Assembly: GCA_963845565.1 (NCBI GenBank)
Contig: CAWJSJ010000004.1
Span: forward strand, 200,531-264,530
DNA from: an uncultured Methylomirabilota bacterium
GTDB lineage: Bacteria; Methylomirabilota; Methylomirabilia; Methylomirabilales; 2-02-FULL-66-22
DNA length: 64,000 nucleotides
Reading direction: 5' to 3'
The translations under genes were made by a program, and so were the position numbers. Every line of letters starts with the position of its first letter. The stretch's first letter is position 1. The notes below the pieces were generated by a model that saw only the letters and a list, made by a program, of their open reading frames with translations, had not been told where the DNA came from and did not search any database. This document shows positions 42,442 through 53,170 of this stretch, piece after piece.

Positions 42442-42812
42442 TGCCGACTCTCGCCGAAGTGATCGTCGCGCTTCTGTGCCTCCTCGGCACATTCCTCATC
42501 GCGCTGACCGGGATCGGCCTCGTCCGCTTCCCCGACGTCTTCTGTCGCATGCACGCGGCGGGGAAGGCCGGAACGCTGGGTGTCGTCCTCGTTGTCCTCG
42601 GGGCGACGGTCCATTTCGCCGGGACCGAGCAGGACGTCTGGATGCGGGGTGTTCTCGCGGTGTTCTTCCAGTTCCTCACCTCTCCCGCTGCTACGCATCT
42701 CTTGGCGCGCGCCGCGTACGTCTGCGACTATCCCCTGTCCGAACGAACCGCGGTGGACGAGTTGCGCAAGTATCTTCCGTCGCGCCCCGATCAGGTGTTC
42801 AACCAGGAATGA
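42441..42812 (+). CDS. mrpG: Mrp subunit G
   Basis: RFPDVFCRMHAAGKAGTLG, TSPAATHLLARAAY. Confidence 0.92.
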   Translation: MPTLAEVIVALLCLLGTFLIALTGIGLVRFPDVFCRMHAAGKAGTLGVVLVVLGATVHFAGTEQDVWMRGVLAVFFQFLTSPAATHLLARAAYVCDYPLSERTAVDELRKYLPSRPDQVFNQE

Positions 42813-42847
42813 TCCGAGGGGCATGGCCCAGCCGCCAAGCCCCCGGA

Positions 42848-43987
<1,140 letters not shown>

Positions 43988-44007
43988 GGATCAGGCAGGA
44001 CGACGAG

Positions 44008-44093
44008 CAATGTAAAACCGACAACCGACAATGCAAAACCGGTCAGGGAATCTTGTTGGTCGGTTCTCGGTTCTCGGTTCTCGGTTTTGCATT
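44008..44093. repeat. Heptamer-built palindromic element, inverted partner of 42848-42930
   Basis: AAAACCGACAACCGACAATG...(TCGGTTC)3...TTTTGCATT. Confidence 0.75.
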
Positions 44094-44096
44094 GAA

Positions 44097-45275
44097 CTAT
44101 TCCGCGCCGGCGCGCGGTCCGGCGCCCAGCACCTTGGCGAGGGCATCCACCACACGATCCACCTGCTCGCGGGTGATGACCAGGGGCGGGAGGAAGCGCA
44201 AGACGGTCGTCCCCGCCAGGAGGGCCAACACCCCCTCCTGCATCAGCGTCTGAGCAACCGGCCCGGCCTTGTCCTTCAACTCGATCCCGATCATCAGGCC
44301 CAGGCCGCGAATTTCGCGGATGCGTGGGCTGCCGATCGCGCGCAGGCGCTCCACGAAGTACGCCCCGATCTCCGCTGCCCGGCGGGGGAGATCCTCGCCC
44401 GTGAGGACGTCAATAGCCGCCACGGCCGCCGCGCAGGCCAGCGGGTTTCCGCCAAAGGTGGAGGTGTGCGACTGCTTCTCGATCTCGCCGACACGCCGAT
44501 CGATCCCGATGGCACCCATCGGGACGCCACCCGCGATTCCCTTGGCCATGGTGAGGATATCGGGCAGGACCCCGAAGTGCTCGCAGGCGAACATGCGACC
44601 GGTCCGGCCGAAGCCCGTCTGGATCTCGTCAATGATGAGGAGGGCACCCTTCTCGTCACAGGCTCGGCGAACGGCCTGCAGGAACTCCCCCGTGGCTGGA
44701 CGCACGCCGCCCTCGCCCTGGATCGGCTCCAGGATGACGGCCGCGGTCTGGTCGTCGATGGCGCCTGTGAATTCGGCGACGTTGTTGTAGGGGACATGGG
44801 AGAAGTCGGGCACCAGCGGTGCGAACGGTTCCTTGTACTTGCGCTCCCAGGTGGCGCTGAGCGAGCCCAGTGTCTTGCCGTGGTAGCCCCGCATGGCGGC
44901 GACGACGTGCTTCCGGCCGGTGGCCATCCGGGCGAACTTGATGGCGCCCTCGACCGCCTCGGTGCCGGAATTACAGAGAAAGAACCGGTTGATCCCGTCC
45001 GGTGTGATCCGGTCGAGCCGCTCCAGACATTGCGCCCGGGCGTCGTTGTAAAAGAGCTCGTTGCAGGTGATGAGACGAGCCGCCTGGGCCTGAATGGCCG
45101 CAACCACGGCCGGGTGGCAGTGGCCGACGTTGGCCACGCCGATCCCGGCCACGCAGTCCACGTATTCCCGCCCGGCCTCGTCCCAGACCCGCGCCCCTTC
45201 GCCGCGGACGATGGCAAGGTCCCGCTTCTGATACACCCCCACCGAGAACCGATCCTCAATCTCCCGATGCCCCAT
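44097..45275 (-). CDS. lysJ: [LysW]-aminoadipate semialdehyde transaminase (class III)
   Basis: NSGTEAVE, EPIQGEGG, DEIQTGFGRTG, AKGIAGG, STFGGNP; cluster context. Confidence 0.88.
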   Translation of the reverse strand: MGHREIEDRFSVGVYQKRDLAIVRGEGARVWDEAGREYVDCVAGIGVANVGHCHPAVVAAIQAQAARLITCNELFYNDARAQCLERLDRITPDGINRFFLCNSGTEAVEGAIKFARMATGRKHVVAAMRGYHGKTLGSLSATWERKYKEPFAPLVPDFSHVPYNNVAEFTGAIDDQTAAVILEPIQGEGGVRPATGEFLQAVRRACDEKGALLIIDEIQTGFGRTGRMFACEHFGVLPDILTMAKGIAGGVPMGAIGIDRRVGEIEKQSHTSTFGGNPLACAAAVAAIDVLTGEDLPRRAAEIGAYFVERLRAIGSPRIREIRGLGLMIGIELKDKAGPVAQTLMQEGVLALLAGTTVLRFLPPLVITREQVDRVVDALAKVLGAGPRAGAE

Positions 45276-45287
45276 GTCTCTCGCCCC

Positions 45288-45332
45288 TAGCCCGCATTAT
45301 TCGCGAACCCGGCTCGCGACCAATGCGGGCTA
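45288..45332. repeat. REP-like palindrome
   Basis: TAGCCCGCATT-att-CGCGA-loop-TCGCG-acc-AATGCGGGCTA. Confidence 0.65.
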
Positions 45333-45409
45333 AATAGAAACCCGTGTAGTCGGCGGTCCGGGACGGATCAGACGTCCCCACTGCTCCTCGGCCCCGGAAT
45401 GCCCGCCCC

Positions 45410-45460
45410 AATCTGCAATCGTCAATCGTCAATCGTCAATCGTCAATCCCCAATCGCAAT
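45410..45460. repeat. Heptamer tandem repeat (CAATCGT)n
   Basis: Four exact CAATCGT units plus degenerate flanking units. Confidence 0.8.
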
Positions 45461-45465
45461 CTCTC

Positions 45466-46269
45466 CTACTCAATCACCGTTCCCCGCCCCTCGAGCGCAG
45501 CGGTGACGGGCCGGTCCCGGTTTGCATCGGCCAGGATCACTCGCCCGACGCCGCCGCCCAAGGCGATGGTCGCCGCCATGAGCTTGCGCTTCATGCGTCC
45601 CTGGGCCACGGACATGAAGTCCTCGATGGCCCGGGCCGGGATGCGTGGGATCAGGGAGGCGGGGTTTCCCAGTTCACGCAGAAGGCCCGGGACATTGGAC
45701 AGCATGACAAACTCCTCGGCTTTCAAGGCGGCGGCGAGCATGGCGGCCGCCGTGTCCCCGTCCACGTTGACTGCCTCACCCTCGTAGCTGGCGGCGGGCG
45801 GACAGAGGACGGGCAGGTAGCCGTGGTCGAGGAGGAGGGTGAGCAGGCCGACGTTCACCCGCTCCACTTTGCCGGTGTAGTCCCCGCGCAGGACCTTCCG
45901 CTTGCCGCCCTCCAGGATCGTGATCGTATCCTTTCGCTTCCCCTCGAGGACGCGGCCGTCCAGGCCCGATAGCCCGACGGCGTTGACGCCGCGCGTCTGG
46001 AACGCCTCCACCAGCGCCTTGTTCCCCTTGCCGCAGTACGCCATCTCGAAGATCTCGAGCGTCTCGCGATCCGTGTAGCGGCTCTCGATGCCGGAGACGG
46101 AGGTCACGAAGCGAGGCGGCTTGCCCAGCCGCTCGGCCAGAACGTTCGTCTCCCCCGAGGCGCCGTGCACCAAGACGACTTTCCGGCCGGCGCGGATGAT
46201 TTCGGTCAGGTCCGCCACCGCCGGTTCGATTGCGATTCCCGATCCACCGCCGATCTTCACGACGAACAT
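45466..46269 (-). CDS. lysZ: [LysW]-aminoadipate kinase
   Basis: VVKIGG, LVHG, SRYTD, NVDGD, GRMKRKL. Confidence 0.9.
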   Translation of the reverse strand: MFVVKIGGGSGIAIEPAVADLTEIIRAGRKVVLVHGASGETNVLAERLGKPPRFVTSVSGIESRYTDRETLEIFEMAYCGKGNKALVEAFQTRGVNAVGLSGLDGRVLEGKRKDTITILEGGKRKVLRGDYTGKVERVNVGLLTLLLDHGYLPVLCPPAASYEGEAVNVDGDTAAAMLAAALKAEEFVMLSNVPGLLRELGNPASLIPRIPARAIEDFMSVAQGRMKRKLMAATIALGGGVGRVILADANRDRPVTAALEGRGTVIE

Positions 46270-46299
46270 GTTGGGGAACCTTCCGGTGAGCGTGGCGGA

Positions 46300-46557
46300 T
46301 CAATCCGCAGCAGCAGAATGGACGGTGCGTGGATCGTTCTGGACGAGCACAGTGGGATTGGGGTTTGGATCCGGGACCGGAAGTCCTTCCTGCTGGAGAA
46401 CGGACACGTGCTCTTTCATGGCCCACTTGGCTTGATAGAGGCAATCCTCCACTGAGTGTCCAATGCCGCTGAACCCAGGCAGGTCGGGGGAGTAAAAGCC
46501 AAAAAAGACCGGGTCCTCGGTGGCCTCAATCACCAGAGAGTACCTGAGGTCAATCAT
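46300..46557 (-). CDS. hicB: HicB-like antitoxin
   Basis: YSLVIE...YSPDLPGFSGIGHSVEDC...GLPVP. Confidence 0.8.
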   Translation of the reverse strand: MIDLRYSLVIEATEDPVFFGFYSPDLPGFSGIGHSVEDCLYQAKWAMKEHVSVLQQEGLPVPDPNPNPTVLVQNDPRTVHSAAAD

Positions 46558-46566
46558 CGGTCTATC

Positions 46567-46747
46567 TCAGACGCCCGCGGCTTTCAGAATCGCCGGCACG
46601 TTCCGGTGGGAACTCCTTGGCGCCATGATAATCAACACGGATAATCCTGTCCACGCCAGACTTCCGATAGTACCGCACGGAGCCTTTCTCGCGAAGCAGC
46701 ACGAAGCCGTTTCGCTCCAGCAGCCTGACCAGTTCGCTGAATCGCAC
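46567..46747 (-). CDS. hicA: HicA-like toxin with two apparent 1-bp deletions near the 3' end
   Basis: ELVRLLERNGF..REKGS...VDYHGAKE; adding one G at two G-runs gives VPTGTCRAILKAAGV-stop. Confidence 0.7.
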
Positions 46748-46795
46748 CGGCGGCCCGCCCTTCGTCCATGGGACACGACCCATGGACGGTTCCGA

Positions 46796-47836
46796 TTACA
46801 CCGGATGGAGACCGGGGAACTCTAGTCCCGTCGTTTCCGGCAGGCCACAGGCTAGATTCATCGCCTGCACCCCGTTACCGGCGGCCCCCTTCACCAGATT
46901 GTCCAGGGCCGACATCACCACCAGCCGCGACCCGCGGGGGTCCTTTTCGAACCCGATGTCGCAGAAGTTTGTCCCGGCCAGGATTTTCGGTTCCGGATAG
47001 CGGTAGATCCCCTGCCGCTCCTTGACGATGCGAATGAACGGCTCGTTCCCGTACTCGCTCCGGTACACTTTCCAGATATCCTTCTCTTCGACCCCATCCT
47101 TGAGGAAGACGTGGCAGGTCGCCAGGATGCCGCGCACGGCCTCGATGGCGGTCGCGCTGAAGTGGACGTCCAGCGACTGCCCGAGGGCGACCTCCTGGAG
47201 GATCTCCGCCGTGTGGCGATGTCCGGTGGCCTGGAAGGAGCGCATGGAGCCGCTCCGTTCGGGATGGTGGGTGGAAAGGTTCGGCGTATCGCCGGCGGCC
47301 GAAGAACCCACCTTGGCCTCGATGAATACCTCCCGCCGCGCCACCACGTCGTGGAGGAAGAGCGGTCGCAGTCCCAGGATGGAGGCCGTGGCGAGGCAAC
47401 CCGCCCCCGTCAGGAACCGCGATTCCTTGATCTCCTGTCGGTGCAGTTCCGGGATCCCATAGACGAACTGCGCGAGATAGGCAGGGGCTTCATGGGCGTG
47501 CCCGTACCAGGTCACGTAATCGTCGGCGTTCCGTAGGCGGAAGTCGGCGCTGAGGTCGATGACGGTCTTGGCCAGCGATTCCAACTGTCCGATGCGGCGC
47601 ATGGCGCTGCCATGCGGAAGACAGAGGAAGAGGACATCGCACGGTTGCAACTCTCCGATGGAGATGAACTTCAACTGGCACTGCTTCCGCAGGTTCGGAT
47701 GGATCGTGTGCAGGTAGTGGCCCGCGTTCGACTCGGAAGTGGCCTGGACGATCTCCACCTGGGGGTGGCGGAGCAGGATCCGGATCGTTTCCCCGCCCGT
47801 GTAACCCGACGCGCCGACGATACCGACTCTGATCAA
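46796..47836 (-). CDS. lysY: [LysW]-aminoadipyl phosphate reductase (ArgC-like)
   Basis: GASGYTG, DLSADFRL, GCLAT, HHPER, DNLVKGAAG; TTG start behind AAGGAG (alternative ATG at 47857). Confidence 0.9.
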   Translation of the reverse strand: MIRVGIVGASGYTGGETIRILLRHPQVEIVQATSESNAGHYLHTIHPNLRKQCQLKFISIGELQPCDVLFLCLPHGSAMRRIGQLESLAKTVIDLSADFRLRNADDYVTWYGHAHEAPAYLAQFVYGIPELHRQEIKESRFLTGAGCLATASILGLRPLFLHDVVARREVFIEAKVGSSAAGDTPNLSTHHPERSGSMRSFQATGHRHTAEILQEVALGQSLDVHFSATAIEAVRGILATCHVFLKDGVEEKDIWKVYRSEYGNEPFIRIVKERQGIYRYPEPKILAGTNFCDIGFEKDPRGSRLVVMSALDNLVKGAAGNGVQAMNLACGLPETTGLEFPGLHPV

Positions 47837-47869
47837 GGAGGACTCCTTTGAAATCATTCGACCTGGTTT

Positions 47870-48709
47870 TTATCTTCTCCCCACCTCCGCCACGTAGTCC
47901 ACCACCTTGGCCGGAATATCCACGCCGGTGGTGTCGATGCTGTTCCGGAACTCCATGGTGTAGTTCACCTCGTTCACCATGAGGCCGTCCGGCGTCTCGA
48001 AGAGGTCGATGGCCACGACGCCACCGCCGACGGCCTTGGCCGCGCGGACCGAGATCTCGTTGACCTCTCTGGTCACCGGGCAATTGGTGGCCACCCCGCC
48101 GCGCGCGGTGTTGGTGATCCAGTGTGGAGAGGTCCGGTAGATGGCGCAGATGGTCTGGTCCCCGACGACGAACGACCGGATGTCTCGCCCGTGCTTCTCG
48201 ACGTACTTCTGGATGTAGAAGATGCTGTGGTGATAGGAGCCCAGCGTCTCCTTGTGTTCCAGGATGGCCTCGGCGGCCTCGCGGTCGTTCACCTTGGAGA
48301 GCAAGCGCCCCCACGATCCCACGGCCGGTTTCAGGACGACCGGGTACCCAAGCCGCTCGATGGCCTGCAGGGCGGATTCGGGCGTGTGGGCCACCAGGAC
48401 CGGTGGGGTCGGGACATTGTCCCGGATGAGGGCGAGCGTGGTGAGGAGCTTGTCCCCGCAGGTGCTGGCGACCTCGTAGGTATTGACCGTCTTGACGCCG
48501 CAGTCGTTGAAGTACCGGAGCGTGTGCAGAGCGCGCGAGTGGTTGATGCAGCGCTCCAGGATGACGTCGAACTCCCACCGGCGCTGGTGGAGGTCCAGGA
48601 TGACCTCCCGATCGTCGATGCGGACGAAATCCAGGCCGCGGGACCGGAACGCGTCGAAGAGCAGCTTTTCCTCCTTGCGGACCAGCGAGCAAAGGATGGC
48701 GATTCTCAT
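47870..48709 (-). CDS. lysX: Aminoadipate-LysW ligase (ATP-grasp)
   Basis: [43 protein letters not shown]. Confidence 0.93.
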   Translation of the reverse strand: MRIAILCSLVRKEEKLLFDAFRSRGLDFVRIDDREVILDLHQRRWEFDVILERCINHSRALHTLRYFNDCGVKTVNTYEVASTCGDKLLTTLALIRDNVPTPPVLVAHTPESALQAIERLGYPVVLKPAVGSWGRLLSKVNDREAAEAILEHKETLGSYHHSIFYIQKYVEKHGRDIRSFVVGDQTICAIYRTSPHWITNTARGGVATNCPVTREVNEISVRAAKAVGGGVVAIDLFETPDGLMVNEVNYTMEFRNSIDTTGVDIPAKVVDYVAEVGRR

Positions 48710-48870
48710 TCGCCCCAGTCCTCCTCTTCCTCCGGGGCCGGGGCCAACTCGGCCGGTTCGACACTGATGACTTCCAGATCCAGGCCGCAGTCCGGACACT
48801 GGATGATTTCCCCCACTTCGGTGGACGACTCCAGCGTGATCTCGGCCTCGCATTCCGTGCACAGCGCCAT
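48706..48870 (-). CDS. lysW: Amino-group carrier protein LysW
   Basis: CxxC...CPDCG Zn ribbon, acidic, C-terminal EDWGE. Confidence 0.96.
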   Translation of the reverse strand: MALCTECEAEITLESSTEVGEIIQCPDCGLDLEVISVEPAELAPAPEEEEDWGE

Positions 48871-49067
48871 GGCAGTCTCCTCCTCCGAGAAAGTGTGCGG
48901 CGGGAGCATACCACGGACGGGACACCGCGTTCAACAGGATGAGGTTGAGATGAACGTTGAGACAGCCGGCAGGGGAACCCGCGAAAACGGAGGAGGTTTG
49001 CCATGTGCTTGCAGGCGTGCTAGGCTGCCGCCTGCTCGGAAACCGGGATACCACAGGGGGAAGTGCG

Positions 49068-49805
49068 GTGCTCAAAGCGGTCACCTTCGATCTCTGGCAG
49101 ACGCTGATCACCGATACGCCGGACGGGCTGCAGCAGGCGCGTGCGGGACGGGTCCGCGGGATGGCGGCGGTGCTCGCTCGCGAGGGGCACGCGGTGGATG
49201 GCGCGGCGGTGGACCGTGCCTACGACACGGTGGGGGAGCGGCTCGGGGCTCTGTGGGCGGAGCAGCGCGACCTCGGGTCCCGTGGGCAGGTGCGCATGCT
49301 GCTCGAGGCGTTGGAGCTTGCGGATCGGGTGCCGATGGATGGGCCCGTCATGGACGCGCTGGACGAGGCGTATCGTCTGCCCATCCTGGGGGCGCTGCCC
49401 GTGGCGAACGCCGGGGCCTGCGAGATATTGGCGGCGCTCAGCCGGCGCGGCCTCCGGCTGGCATTGATCTGTAACACCGGCCGAACGCCGGGCTCCATGT
49501 TGCGCCTCGTCCTCGACCACCTGGGCCTCAAAGCCTATCTTCGGGTGCTCACGTTCTCAGACGAGGTCGGTCTGCGGAAGCCGCATCCGGAGATCTTCCG
49601 TCGAACGCTCGCCGCCCTGGGTGTCTCACCGGACGAGGCTGCCCATGTGGGCGACGACGTCACCACGGACGTGGCCGGGGCGCGCGCGGTCGGCATGCAG
49701 GCCATCCACCTGTGCCATCCGACCGGCGCAAGTAAGCACTCGAACGGCGCCCCCTCGATTTCACGACTGGCCGATCTTCCTTCCGCGCTCGATATCGCCT
49801 CTTGA
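49068..49805 (+). CDS. HAD-superfamily hydrolase
   Basis: [24 protein letters not shown]. Confidence 0.88.
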   Translation: MLKAVTFDLWQTLITDTPDGLQQARAGRVRGMAAVLAREGHAVDGAAVDRAYDTVGERLGALWAEQRDLGSRGQVRMLLEALELADRVPMDGPVMDALDEAYRLPILGALPVANAGACEILAALSRRGLRLALICNTGRTPGSMLRLVLDHLGLKAYLRVLTFSDEVGLRKPHPEIFRRTLAALGVSPDEAAHVGDDVTTDVAGARAVGMQAIHLCHPTGASKHSNGAPSISRLADLPSALDIAS

Positions 49806-49810
49806 CCGCG

Positions 49811-49889
49811 AGGCGTCAGGCGTCAGGCGTCAGGCGAAAGGGGCGGACGCCCGTTTTCCGCCTCCCCCCTCATGCCTGACGCCGCACGC
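49811..49889. repeat. (AGGCGTC)n heptamer repeat with a degenerate inverted arm
   Basis: aggcgtc x3 plus aggcg, then gcctgacgcc. Confidence 0.6.
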
Positions 49890-49896
49890 GGCCGAC

Positions 49897-50124
49897 CTAT
49901 GTCCTGAGTTAGAGGTTCGCCAACATATTGCAAGGCCAGAGGGGCACCCCGAAGACGCTGCGCCCGCGGGGCGGCCGGGTCCGGTCCGAAGGCCCCCGGT
50001 TTCCGGGGGCCGACCCGGGAGGCGAAGGCCGCCCGGTTCGGTCCCGACCGGTGAGGCGCCAGGCGGCTGAGGGGTGTCCCTCTGGCCGGGACATTGTCAG
50101 CGAACTTACGATTTACCACACTAG
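49897..50124. mobile_element. ~228-bp highly self-complementary element (MITE-like)
   Basis: Related ends CTA-TGTCCTGAGTTAGAGGTTCGCCAACA and (reverse complement) CTAGTGTGGTAAATCGTAAGTTCGCTGACA; inner 17-bp stem GGCCAGAGGGGCACCCC/GGGGTGTCCCTCTGGCC. Confidence 0.6.
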
Positions 50125-50454
50125 CTACTTCGCCCCCGGCTGTTTCTGGGCATCATGTTTCTGTTTGTAGATATGCCTCGACGCACGGTCCTGCTCCTGG
50201 TGCAGCCTGGCCCGCTCTTTCTTGGTCATCTTCCCGTCCTCGAGCGCCTGCTGGCGATCGGCCTCGATTTTTCCCTGCTCCTTTGTGAGCCACTGCGTTT
50301 CCTTGGCCGTCAATTCCCCGCTCTGGACGCCCTGCCCGATTCGTTCCTGCTGCCGTTGCTCCCGGGTGACAATCTCGCCGGCTTGAACCGACGACACGCC
50401 GATGAAGCCGACCAGCACTGCGCTTGCCGCCACCGCCGTCCATCGCACCTTCAT
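50125..50454 (-). CDS. Small secreted helical-repeat protein
   Basis: Signal peptide ending VQA; RQQERIGQGVQSGELT, DGKMTKKER, IYKQKHD; RBS AGGAGG. Confidence 0.8.
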   Translation of the reverse strand: MKVRWTAVAASAVLVGFIGVSSVQAGEIVTREQRQQERIGQGVQSGELTAKETQWLTKEQGKIEADRQQALEDGKMTKKERARLHQEQDRASRHIYKQKHDAQKQPGAK

Positions 50455-50538
50455 GTGGTCCTCCTGGATCTTGTTTCGGGTTGCCCGGATCGGTTCTCGC
50501 TTCGCATTCCGGAAGGGTTGCCTGGCGCTACTGTCCAC

Positions 50539-50644
50539 TTAGGAGCCGTTACGAAATAGCTTGTCCATTTTTTGTCATTTCGTTACGGCTCCTTATGCCG
50601 TTCCCGAAATTTCTCTGGTCAAGTCATTCTGTAACAACGGTTTA
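50539..50644 (-). mobile_element. ~105-bp bipartite palindromic element, copy 2 (inverted)
   Basis: Reverse complement reads TAAACCGTTGTTACAGAATGACTTGACCAGAGAAATTTCGGGAACGGCATAAGGAGCCGTAACGAAAT...ATTTCGTAACGGCTCCTAA. Confidence 0.78.
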
Positions 50645-50903
50645 GAGTGGCGGCGGTCGAAAAGGTTGAAAGGCCGCATGACATCCGTGGGCCTCCGCGC
50701 GCAGGAATCTTTGTAATTCTCGGAATCTGCGGTGCCGTTGGTTCCGTCTCGGTGTCCTCCGTTCCTCGGTGTTCGCCCCGGATATCTCCCCAAACCGCTT
50801 GTCAGTCCTGGGCCCGTGTGTTAGGGTGAAACTGCTCCAGTGGACCGGGCGTCATCGGCCGTCCGATCGGCGACGGACCAGGGAGAGGGGAGGTTCCGGC
50901 GAC

Positions 50904-51818
50904 ATGGAAGCGCAGGCAAGCATCGGCAGCACCCTCCGCCAGCACCGCGAGGAGCGGGGACTGACCGTGGAGCAGGCAGCGTATCAGAGCAAGGTCCCGC
51001 TCCGCCTGGTGCAGGCGCTCGAGTCGGACGACTATCACCTGCTGCCAGACGCCCTGTATCTCATCCGACTGCTGCACGATTATGCCACCTTCTTGAAGCT
51101 GGACGTGGCCGCCATCGAGGCGGAGTTCCAGGCGGCTATTCGCCGACCGACCCGGACCTCGCTGACCGTCACGCCCGCCCCGCGCCCGACCCCGACGATT
51201 CCCTGGAAGCAGGTGCTGTGGACGGTGACCGCCATCCTGGTGATCACCCCGTTGGTGTTCATCGCGCTGTCGCTGGCGTCGAAACGGGTGTCCGATCAAG
51301 TGGTCCAAGCCCCGGTCGCCGAGTCCCGGGTCGACGAGGCCGCGCGGGGCGCGGGTGAGGTACCGGTCGTAGCAGAACAGTTGCTGGGCAGCGCCCGACC
51401 GTCGGTGGCGGCGGTGCCCGCGACGGCGACAGAGCAGGTTGCCCCCCCACCCGTGGAGACGCGGGAGGCTTCGACGACGCTCGGGCAAGCCCCGGCCCGA
51501 TCGACGGTGACGACCGGGGTGGCCGCGGGCGGCCATGTCCTGGTCGCAACCGCGCGGGAGCCGACCTGGCTGTCGGTCCGCGCCGACGACCAGGAGGGAA
51601 AGCAGGTCCTCCTGCAAGCGGGGCAGTCGGCCCAATTCGGTGCCGAGACGCGCTTTCACGTCATCGTGGGGAACGCCGGCGGTGTGACGCTGTGGTTCGA
51701 CGGCGCGCCGGTTGCCTTGCTGGGCCGCTCCGGCGAGGTGGTGCGAGATCTCGTCTTGCCTCCCCCCGCCGGCCGTTCCCTGTTAACGGGGGCGGCGTCC
51801 GTGCCGCCGAAGCAATGA
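50904..51818 (+). CDS. RodZ-like protein (HTH, TM, DUF4115-like)
   Basis: IGSTLRQHREERGLT, ALESDDY, TM helix, TWLSVRAD...VGNAGGV. Confidence 0.85.
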   Translation: MEAQASIGSTLRQHREERGLTVEQAAYQSKVPLRLVQALESDDYHLLPDALYLIRLLHDYATFLKLDVAAIEAEFQAAIRRPTRTSLTVTPAPRPTPTIPWKQVLWTVTAILVITPLVFIALSLASKRVSDQVVQAPVAESRVDEAARGAGEVPVVAEQLLGSARPSVAAVPATATEQVAPPPVETREASTTLGQAPARSTVTTGVAAGGHVLVATAREPTWLSVRADDQEGKQVLLQAGQSAQFGAETRFHVIVGNAGGVTLWFDGAPVALLGRSGEVVRDLVLPPPAGRSLLTGAASVPPKQ

Positions 51819-51959
51819 GCGTTGTCAACGGATGAACGGTATCTCGTAACGGCGTCTAAGCCGTTGTTAAAGAATAGGTTGAGCGGAGACATTCCGAAAC
51901 GGCATAAGGAGCCGTAACGAAATAGAAAAATGTATAGGTTATTTCGTAACGGCTCCTAA
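51816..51959 (+). mobile_element. Internally deleted copy (51816-51858) plus full copy 3 (51857-51959) of the ~105-bp element
   Basis: TGAGCGTTGTCAACGGATG...ATCTCGTAACGGCGTCTA then TAAGCCGTTGTTAAAGAAT...TAAGGAGCCGTAACGAAAT...ATTTCGTAACGGCTCCTAA. Confidence 0.78.
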
Positions 51960-52018
51960 CGCTCCCGGCAGGCGGCGGGTCTGTGGGCGGCCATGCCGGT
52001 GCTGGGTTGGAGTGCAGG

Positions 52019-53170
52019 GTGGGAGAGTCGAAAGGCTGGGGCCGGTGGTCCCGGCCGGCCATCCTGGGCCTGACGATCGTGGGTGTCACGGCGGGCCACA
52101 TGGCCATTCCGGTAACTCGGCAGGTCCCGCACGACCTGTTCGTGCGCCTCTATTATCTTCCCATTGCCCTCGGGGGCGTCTGGTTCGGCCTCTGGGGCGG
52201 GTTGGGTGCGGCCGGTTTCATCACGGCGCTGTATCTCCCGCACATCCTGGTCGTCAACCACGGCGATCTGACGGTCGGCTACCTCTTGGAGATCCCGGTC
52301 TTCCTGGGCGTGGGGCTGCTGACGGGCCTGATCGTGGATTGGCAGGCGCAGTACCGGCGGGGCCTGGAGTCCCAGGCGGACACGCTGGCACGATCCCACC
52401 GGGAGCTTCAGGAGCAAACGCGACTCCTCCTCGACAAGGAGGTCCAGCTCCGTCGGGCGGACCGGCTTTCGGCCTTGGGTCAACTTTCCGCGGGATTGGC
52501 CCACGAGATCCGGAACCCGCTGGGGGCCATCAAGGGGGCGGTGGAGATCCTGGAAGAGGACTTCCCGGCCGGACACCCCAAGGCGGAGTTCTACGCCATC
52601 GTCCTGAAAGAGGTGAAGCGCCTCAACGACGTGGTGACCAACTTCCTGAGCTTCGCCCGCCCCGTGAGCCTGCGGTTCGCGCCGGTGGACGTCCGGGAGG
52701 TGCTTGCCGGTCTGGAAGGGTTGATCTCCGGCCAGGCGCGCGCGCATCGGGTACAGATGTTCACCAGCTTTCACGACGGGCCGGCGCGCGTGATGGCGGA
52801 CGAGGCGCTGCTCAAGCAAGCCTTCCTCAACATCATGCTGAACGCGCTGGAGGCCATGCCCGAGGGCGGGGACCTGGCGATCGCGACCCGGCTGGCGGAT
52901 GCCAAGACGGCGGGCGTCCTGGAACCGAGCGACCGCGATGAGTGGCTGGAGGTCGTGTTCGACGATACCGGGACCGGCATCCCCGAGGCGGAGATGGCGC
53001 GGGTGTTCGACCCGTTCTTCACCACCAAGAAAGATGGTACCGGCTTGGGGCTCGCCATCACCTACCGCATCGTCGAGAATCACCGCGGGACCATCCGGGT
53101 CGTGAGTCAACCCGGGAAGGGGACCACGTTTGCGATTACGCTCCCTCTGGAAGGAAGCGCGCAGCAATGA
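52019..53170 (+). CDS. Membrane sensor histidine kinase (NtrB/ZraS-like)
   Basis: TM N-terminus, AHEIRNPL, NALEAM, DTGTGI, PFFTTK, GTGLGL; start uncertain (51983 or 52019). Confidence 0.92.
   Translation: MGESKGWGRWSRPAILGLTIVGVTAGHMAIPVTRQVPHDLFVRLYYLPIALGGVWFGLWGGLGAAGFITALYLPHILVVNHGDLTVGYLLEIPVFLGVGLLTGLIVDWQAQYRRGLESQADTLARSHRELQEQTRLLLDKEVQLRRADRLSALGQLSAGLAHEIRNPLGAIKGAVEILEEDFPAGHPKAEFYAIVLKEVKRLNDVVTNFLSFARPVSLRFAPVDVREVLAGLEGLISGQARAHRVQMFTSFHDGPARVMADEALLKQAFLNIMLNALEAMPEGGDLAIATRLADAKTAGVLEPSDRDEWLEVVFDDTGTGIPEAEMARVFDPFFTTKKDGTGLGLAITYRIVENHRGTIRVVSQPGKGTTFAITLPLEGSAQQ

Noticed and set aside
49897..50124. 6S or SRP RNA
   Set aside because: No SRP GGAAG/AGCAG motif or recognisable 6S central bubble; the ends look IS-like
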